Shown: piece after piece, positions 60,551 through 64,000 of the stretch
Numbering within the stretch: position 1 is the first letter of the stretch
Layout of the letters: each line of letters starts with the position of its first letter
Source: Candidatus Krumholzibacteriia bacterium
Lineage (GTDB): Bacteria; Krumholzibacteriota; Krumholzibacteriia; JAJRXK01
DNA: 64,000 bases
Assembly: GCA_041484665.1 (NCBI GenBank)
Contig: JBGPIA010000003.1
Coordinates: forward strand, 192,001 to 256,000
Reading direction: 5' to 3'
The notes under the pieces: generated by a model
Database searches by the model: none
What the model was told of the DNA's origin: nothing
The model's input: only the letters and a program-made list of their open reading frames with translations
Made by a program: the position numbers and the translations under genes

Positions 60551-60584
60551 AGAAGCAAAGGGCCGCCCCGGAGGAGGCGGCCCT
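60551..60584 (-). terminator. Intrinsic terminator of the candidate ncRNA
   Basis: AGGGCCGCC-tcctccgg-GGCGGCCCT followed by TTGCTTCT. Confidence 0.72.
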
Positions 60585-60935
60585 CGCACAAATGAGAGAG
60601 GGTGCGCAGTACCGGGAACCGCCCCAGTCGTGCCGCTCCTGGATCTCGCCATTCCAAGAGGGCGAAAGCGGCTCCTATGTTGGTGTCAGCGCACCCTTCT
60701 CGCCTGATGCGGAGGATTTCGAAGGATGGTCAGGAACGGATGCCTTCCTTCACTCCACCGCGCTCAACCCTGTGACCCCACCTCACAAGACAAGCGTGGT
60801 AGACCCAACTTGGAAGGGTCTCCTCATACAGCCGGTTAACCGAGAGGAGCCGCTCCCTTCCATCCTTCGAAACTCTCGAGCCCTCACGGGCTGCTTTGGA
60901 CGACCGGACCACGACTGCCAGTAGTGCCCGGCGCT
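60551..60935 (-). ncRNA. Candidate sigma54-dependent structured non-coding RNA (~385 nt)
   Basis: Bounded by a -24/-12 promoter and a terminator. No credible ORF. Multiple perfect long-range helices (13, 10 and 9 bp) and a GUGA tetraloop hairpin. Confidence 0.62.
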
Positions 60936-60945
60936 GGATCTCCAG

Positions 60946-60961
60946 TGCAGCCAACGTGCCA
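60946..60961 (-). promoter_or_regulatory. Sigma54 -24/-12 promoter
   Basis: TGGCACGTTGGCTGCA versus consensus TGGCACGNNNNTTGCW; predicted +1 near 60935 (A). Confidence 0.8.
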
Positions 60962-60999
60962 GGGAGGTCGTCCGCTAGCAGGTTCGTAAGTGCAATATG

Positions 61000-61012
61000 T
61001 TTCAACAAGTTC
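61000..61012 (+). promoter_or_regulatory. IHF-like site between enhancer and sigma54 promoter
   Basis: TTTCAACAAGTTC with an AT-rich 5' flank (TAAGTGCAATATG). Confidence 0.55.
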
Positions 61013-61062
61013 TGGAGGCGGACGCCGACCGGCGATCGTCTGCCGACGGGCGCCCCGGAGCG

Positions 61063-61081
61063 CTAGCAAACACCTTGATAG
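61063..61081. promoter_or_regulatory. Candidate enhancer (UAS) palindrome 1
   Basis: CTAGCAAA-cac-CTTGATAG. Confidence 0.68.
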
Positions 61082-61104
61082 GGCGCTCATCGGGGGAACC
61101 AGGC

Positions 61105-61127
61105 AGCCCCTTGCTGCGGAAGGGGTT
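61105..61127 (-). terminator. Terminator-like hairpin after the activator gene
   Basis: CCCCTT-N7-AAGGGG about 38 nt after the stop codon; no U-tract. Confidence 0.4.
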
Positions 61128-61133
61128 ATCGGC

Positions 61134-61152
61134 CTAGCAAATGATTTGATAG
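61134..61152. promoter_or_regulatory. Candidate enhancer (UAS) palindrome 2
   Basis: CTAGCAAA-tga-TTTGATAG, 71 bp from copy 1. Confidence 0.68.
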
Positions 61153-61164
61153 CGGGCGGTCGTG

Positions 61165-64000
61165 CTATGCCGGCGCGTGTAGACCGTAAAGCTTGATCTT
61201 CTGGAGCAGCGTGGGATAGCTGATGCACAGCCTTCGCGAGACCTCAGCGCGGTTCCAGCCGGTGATGGCGAGGGCCTCCGCCAGGACTCTACGTTCCAGT
61301 TCGGCCACCTGAGCGCGCAGCGGCAAGGGCCCGCCGGCTTCGCTGGACGCGCCGTCCTCCGCCTCGCTGCCGAGCGCGTCCTCGCGCAGCCGCGGCGGGA
61401 GGTGCACCATGCGCAGCTGCAGCTCGCCCGCGGCCAGGATCACCGTGCGCCTGATCGCCTTCTCCAGCTCACGCACATTGCCGGGCCACGCGTACGCGCG
61501 CAGGCACTCGGCGAAGCTGCGCGTCATCGTCGGCAGCGGGCGGCCGAGCTCGGCGCAGGTCTGCGCGATGAAGTGCTCGGCCAAGAGCAGCACGTCCTCC
61601 GGACGCTCGCGCAGTGGCGGCACGTGCACTGGGAAATCGAGCATGCGGTAGTACAGGTCCTCCAGGAATTCGTCGCGCTCGACCATCGCGCGGAGGTCCT
61701 GCTTGCTCGCGCACAGGATCCGCACGTCGACGGCCCGCTCGACCGTGCCACCGACCGGCCGCACCAGCTTGGTGTCGAGGAAGTGGAGGAGCTTGGCCTG
61801 CATCGGCAGGCTCATCTTTCCCACCTCGTCGAGGAACAGCGTACCGCGCTCGGTGCCCACGATCAGGCCCGGTTTGTCCCTGTCCGCTCCAGTGAACGCA
61901 CCGCGCACGTAGCCGAAGAGCTCGCTTTCCAGCAGCGTGTCCGGGATCGCTGCGCAGTTGACCGTGAGGAACGTGCGGTCGCGGCGCGCGCTGAGCTCGT
62001 GTACGGCGCGGGCGAACAGGCCCTTGCCGGTGCCCGTCTCGCCGGTGAACAGCACGGTGTACGGCGAGTCGGCCACCTTTGCGCAGAGCTCGAGAACTTC
62101 GAGGATCTTGTCGCTGTGGGTGAGGATGTCCTTGAAGGCCTCTTCGGAGCGGGGAGACGGCGCCGACGCCGCGGGAGCGTCCAGGGCCGTAGCGGTGTCC
62201 AGCAGCGCGGGCCGCAGCAGATTCACGTAGGTCGAGGCCACGGCCAGCGCCTCGGAGCTCAGCGGCTGCGGCTCCCCGGTGCGCTCAAAGTAGACGATCC
62301 CGCGCAGGCCTTCCCCGGCGCGCAGCGGGAAGGCCACGGCCACCGAGACCTCGCCGATGTCCACGCCCAGAGCCTCACGCCACGCGGGCTCTGCCTGCGG
62401 GCGCGTCCAGACGCGCGGCCCGTCACACGCCGCGCAGCTGGGGAGCTGGGACAGCACGTGGGCCGCGGTGCGCCGCGCGCGGGCGCGGGCCATGCGCGAC
62501 GCAGCCACCAGCTGCACGCGTCCTCCGGGTCCGCGCAGTGCCACCAGGCCGCGCTCGCCGCCCATACGCTCCATGACCGCCGAGAGCATGGCCGAGGCGC
62601 TCTGGGCCAGCCCTTCGCCTCCCTGCAGCAGCGGATCGCCCAGGTTGGCCAGCTCCTGGTAACGGGTAGTGGCGACGCGTGCATGGGAGGACATGGCCGC
62701 CTCGATGCGAGCGCGCAGCTCCTCGATGTCACCGGTGACGCCCTCGACGCCCAGGCAGCTCATGCGCTCCACCTCGAACAACGCGAGCAGCGCCTCGTCG
62801 TGGTTTCCCAGCTCGAGCTCCACGCGAGCCAGCGCGAGCTGCAACCGGCACGGCGCAGTGTCGGCGTCGGCGGCCGCCAGATCGACCGCTTCGCGCAACA
62901 ACCCGCGCGCCGCGAGCAGCTGCGTCCGCCCGCCGTGCTGCACGTGGAGATCCGCCAGCAACTCCAGCGTCACGCCGATCTCGACCGGCAGCCGGTAGGC
63001 GCGGAAGCGGTTGAGGGCCTCTTGCAGAGCGGAGCCCGCCTCCTCCACGCGCCCGCAGGCCAGCAGCGCCTGGCCGCGCACACGCTCGAGAAACCCCAGC
63101 TCGTACTGCTCGCCGCAACCGCGGCCCACCGCGGTTCCTGCGGCGGCCAACTGGGTGGCGGCCAGGGCATCGCCGCGCTGCAGGGCCAGTTGCGCCTGGC
63201 GCCGCAACACCTCGGCCAGCACGTCGTTTCCGCCGGAGATCTCGCGCGCGCGGGTCTCGGCGATGCCATAGTTGAGCTCCGCCTCGTCGAAGCGGCCCCG
63301 GGCCGCCATCAGATCGCCGAGGAACTCATCGGCCAGGGCGGTCTCGCGCAGCGAGCCATTACGCTCGGCGAGAACGCGCGCTTCGAGCAGATTGCGCTCC
63401 GCGTCGGCGAACTTGCCTTCCTCGATCTGGAGCTGCGCGTGGAGCAGGCGCAGCTTGGTGATCAGCCCCTGGTCGCCCAGGCTGCGCGCCATCTCACTGC
63501 CGCGCAGCACGCAAGCCAGCGCGTCGGCGCGCCGGCCCATCTTGCGGTAGAGCACCGCCTTGTTGAGGTGCAACGCGCCCAGCTCGTGCGCGGAGCCTAC
63601 CGCGCGCATCAGCTCCTCGGCCCGGTCGAAGAGCTGGATCGCGCGCGACCAGCGGCAGGCGTTCTTGGCCAGCAGCGCGAGGTTGCTCAACACCTGGGCC
63701 TGGCCGGTCACGTGCTCGATGCGCCGGTAGGTGGCCAGCGCGTCCTGGTAGAACTCCTCCGCCTTCTCGGCCCGGCCCAGGCGGAACCAGCAGCCCCCGA
63801 GAATGGTCTGGGCGTTGCCCACCTCGACGTGCGCATCGGTCGTCGCGAGTGTGGCGAACGCGTCGCGCGCAAGCTCGGCGGCTTCCTCGTAACGCGCCAT
63901 GCGGTAGAGCAGCAGGGCGCGACGCACCTGGACGGGGGCCTGCAGCTGTGGCGTGGAGCCGGCCAGCAGGTCCGCCGCAGCGTCGAGCTGCGCCGCGCAT
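61165..64000 (-). CDS. Sigma54-dependent activator with N-terminal TPR array, GAF-like, AAA+ and Fis-type HTH domains (5' end beyond window)
   Basis: TPR repeats; GETGTGK, NCAAIP..LLESELFG, intact GAFTGA, LFLDEV, WPGNVRELEK, C-terminal HTH. Frame stays open to 64000. Confidence 0.93.
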   Translation of the reverse strand, partial: CAAQLDAAADLLAGSTPQLQAPVQVRRALLLYRMARYEEAAELARDAFATLATTDAHVEVGNAQTILGGCWFRLGRAEKAEEFYQDALATYRRIEHVTGQAQVLSNLALLAKNACRWSRAIQLFDRAEELMRAVGSAHELGALHLNKAVLYRKMGRRADALACVLRGSEMARSLGDQGLITKLRLLHAQLQIEEGKFADAERNLLEARVLAERNGSLRETALADEFLGDLMAARGRFDEAELNYGIAETRAREISGGNDVLAEVLRRQAQLALQRGDALAATQLAAAGTAVGRGCGEQYELGFLERVRGQALLACGRVEEAGSALQEALNRFRAYRLPVEIGVTLELLADLHVQHGGRTQLLAARGLLREAVDLAAADADTAPCRLQLALARVELELGNHDEALLALFEVERMSCLGVEGVTGDIEELRARIEAAMSSHARVATTRYQELANLGDPLLQGGEGLAQSASAMLSAVMERMGGERGLVALRGPGGRVQLVAASRMARARARRTAAHVLSQLPSCAACDGPRVWTRPQAEPAWREALGVDIGEVSVAVAFPLRAGEGLRGIVYFERTGEPQPLSSEALAVASTYVNLLRPALLDTATALDAPAASAPSPRSEEAFKDILTHSDKILEVLELCAKVADSPYTVLFTGETGTGKGLFARAVHELSARRDRTFLTVNCAAIPDTLLESELFGYVRGAFTGADRDKPGLIVGTERGTLFLDEVGKMSLPMQAKLLHFLDTKLVRPVGGTVERAVDVRILCASKQDLRAMVERDEFLEDLYYRMLDFPVHVPPLRERPEDVLLLAEHFIAQTCAELGRPLPTMTRSFAECLRAYAWPGNVRELEKAIRRTVILAAGELQLRMVHLPPRLREDALGSEAEDGASSEAGGPLPLRAQVAELERRVLAEALAITGWNRAEVSRRLCISYPTLLQKIKLYGLHAPA

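Noticed and set aside
60782..60863. 26-aa peptide MEGSGSSRLTGCMRRPFQVGSTTLVL as ligand for the TPR activator
   Set aside because: No properly spaced SD, start codon buried in the 13-bp helix, no signal-peptide character. Not fully excluded.
60717..60872. Retron msr-msd, suggested by a 13-bp a1/a2-like inverted repeat around 130 nt
   Set aside because: No reverse transcriptase (YADD-type) gene in the window.
60730..61008. 92-aa minus-strand ORF, and the 194-aa plus-strand ORF 60340-60924, over the candidate ncRNA
   Set aside because: The minus ORF starts at a TTG inside the IHF-like site and runs through the sigma54 promoter. Neither has a recognisable motif or native codon bias.
1..64000. 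Long plus-strand ORFs such as 5006-7636, 15838-18417, 24911-27757 and 56736-59222
   Set aside because: Antisense shadows of well-supported minus-strand genes, expected at high GC; no family motifs.
1..64000. CRISPR arrays, tRNA/rRNA, integrases, prophage or defence genes
   Set aside because: None recognised by eye; no regularly spaced repeats or tRNA T-arm signatures in the intergenic gaps.

Overview
Very GC-rich bacterial chromosomal window. All recognised genes are on the minus strand except lpxH. The content (two PorV/PorQ-type barrels, several secreted proteins with FlgD-Ig/T9SS-like C-terminal domains, a short RpoD-type sigma factor lacking region 1.1, LpxH) suggests a diderm of the FCB-related candidate phyla such as Krumholzibacteriota, Eisenbacteria or Latescibacterota (inference). 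A housekeeping core (ppdK, glyQS, recO, ybeY, phoH, aspS, amidase, M23 peptidase, sigma70, DegP, lpxH) is flanked by envelope clusters. Main observations: (1) at 60.55-61.15 kb, a complete sigma54 enhancer cassette (two matching palindromes, IHF-like site, -24/-12 box) directly downstream of a TPR-GAF-AAA+ activator gene, apparently driving an unannotated, highly structured ~385-nt non-coding RNA with its own terminator; (2) an operon of a ~3000-aa Ig-repeat surface protein, a PorV-TPR fusion, a kinase/HAMP/PP2C/transposase-like-HTH fusion and a STAS protein, a candidate trans-envelope partner-switching system; (3) an M6-type secreted protease homologue that has lost all three zinc ligands; (4) a 6S-like rod RNA candidate after the sigma factor gene; (5) a 21-bp duplication of the glyQ start that creates a coupled 8-aa uORF. 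All family calls come from motif recognition by eye; no searches or folding were run.
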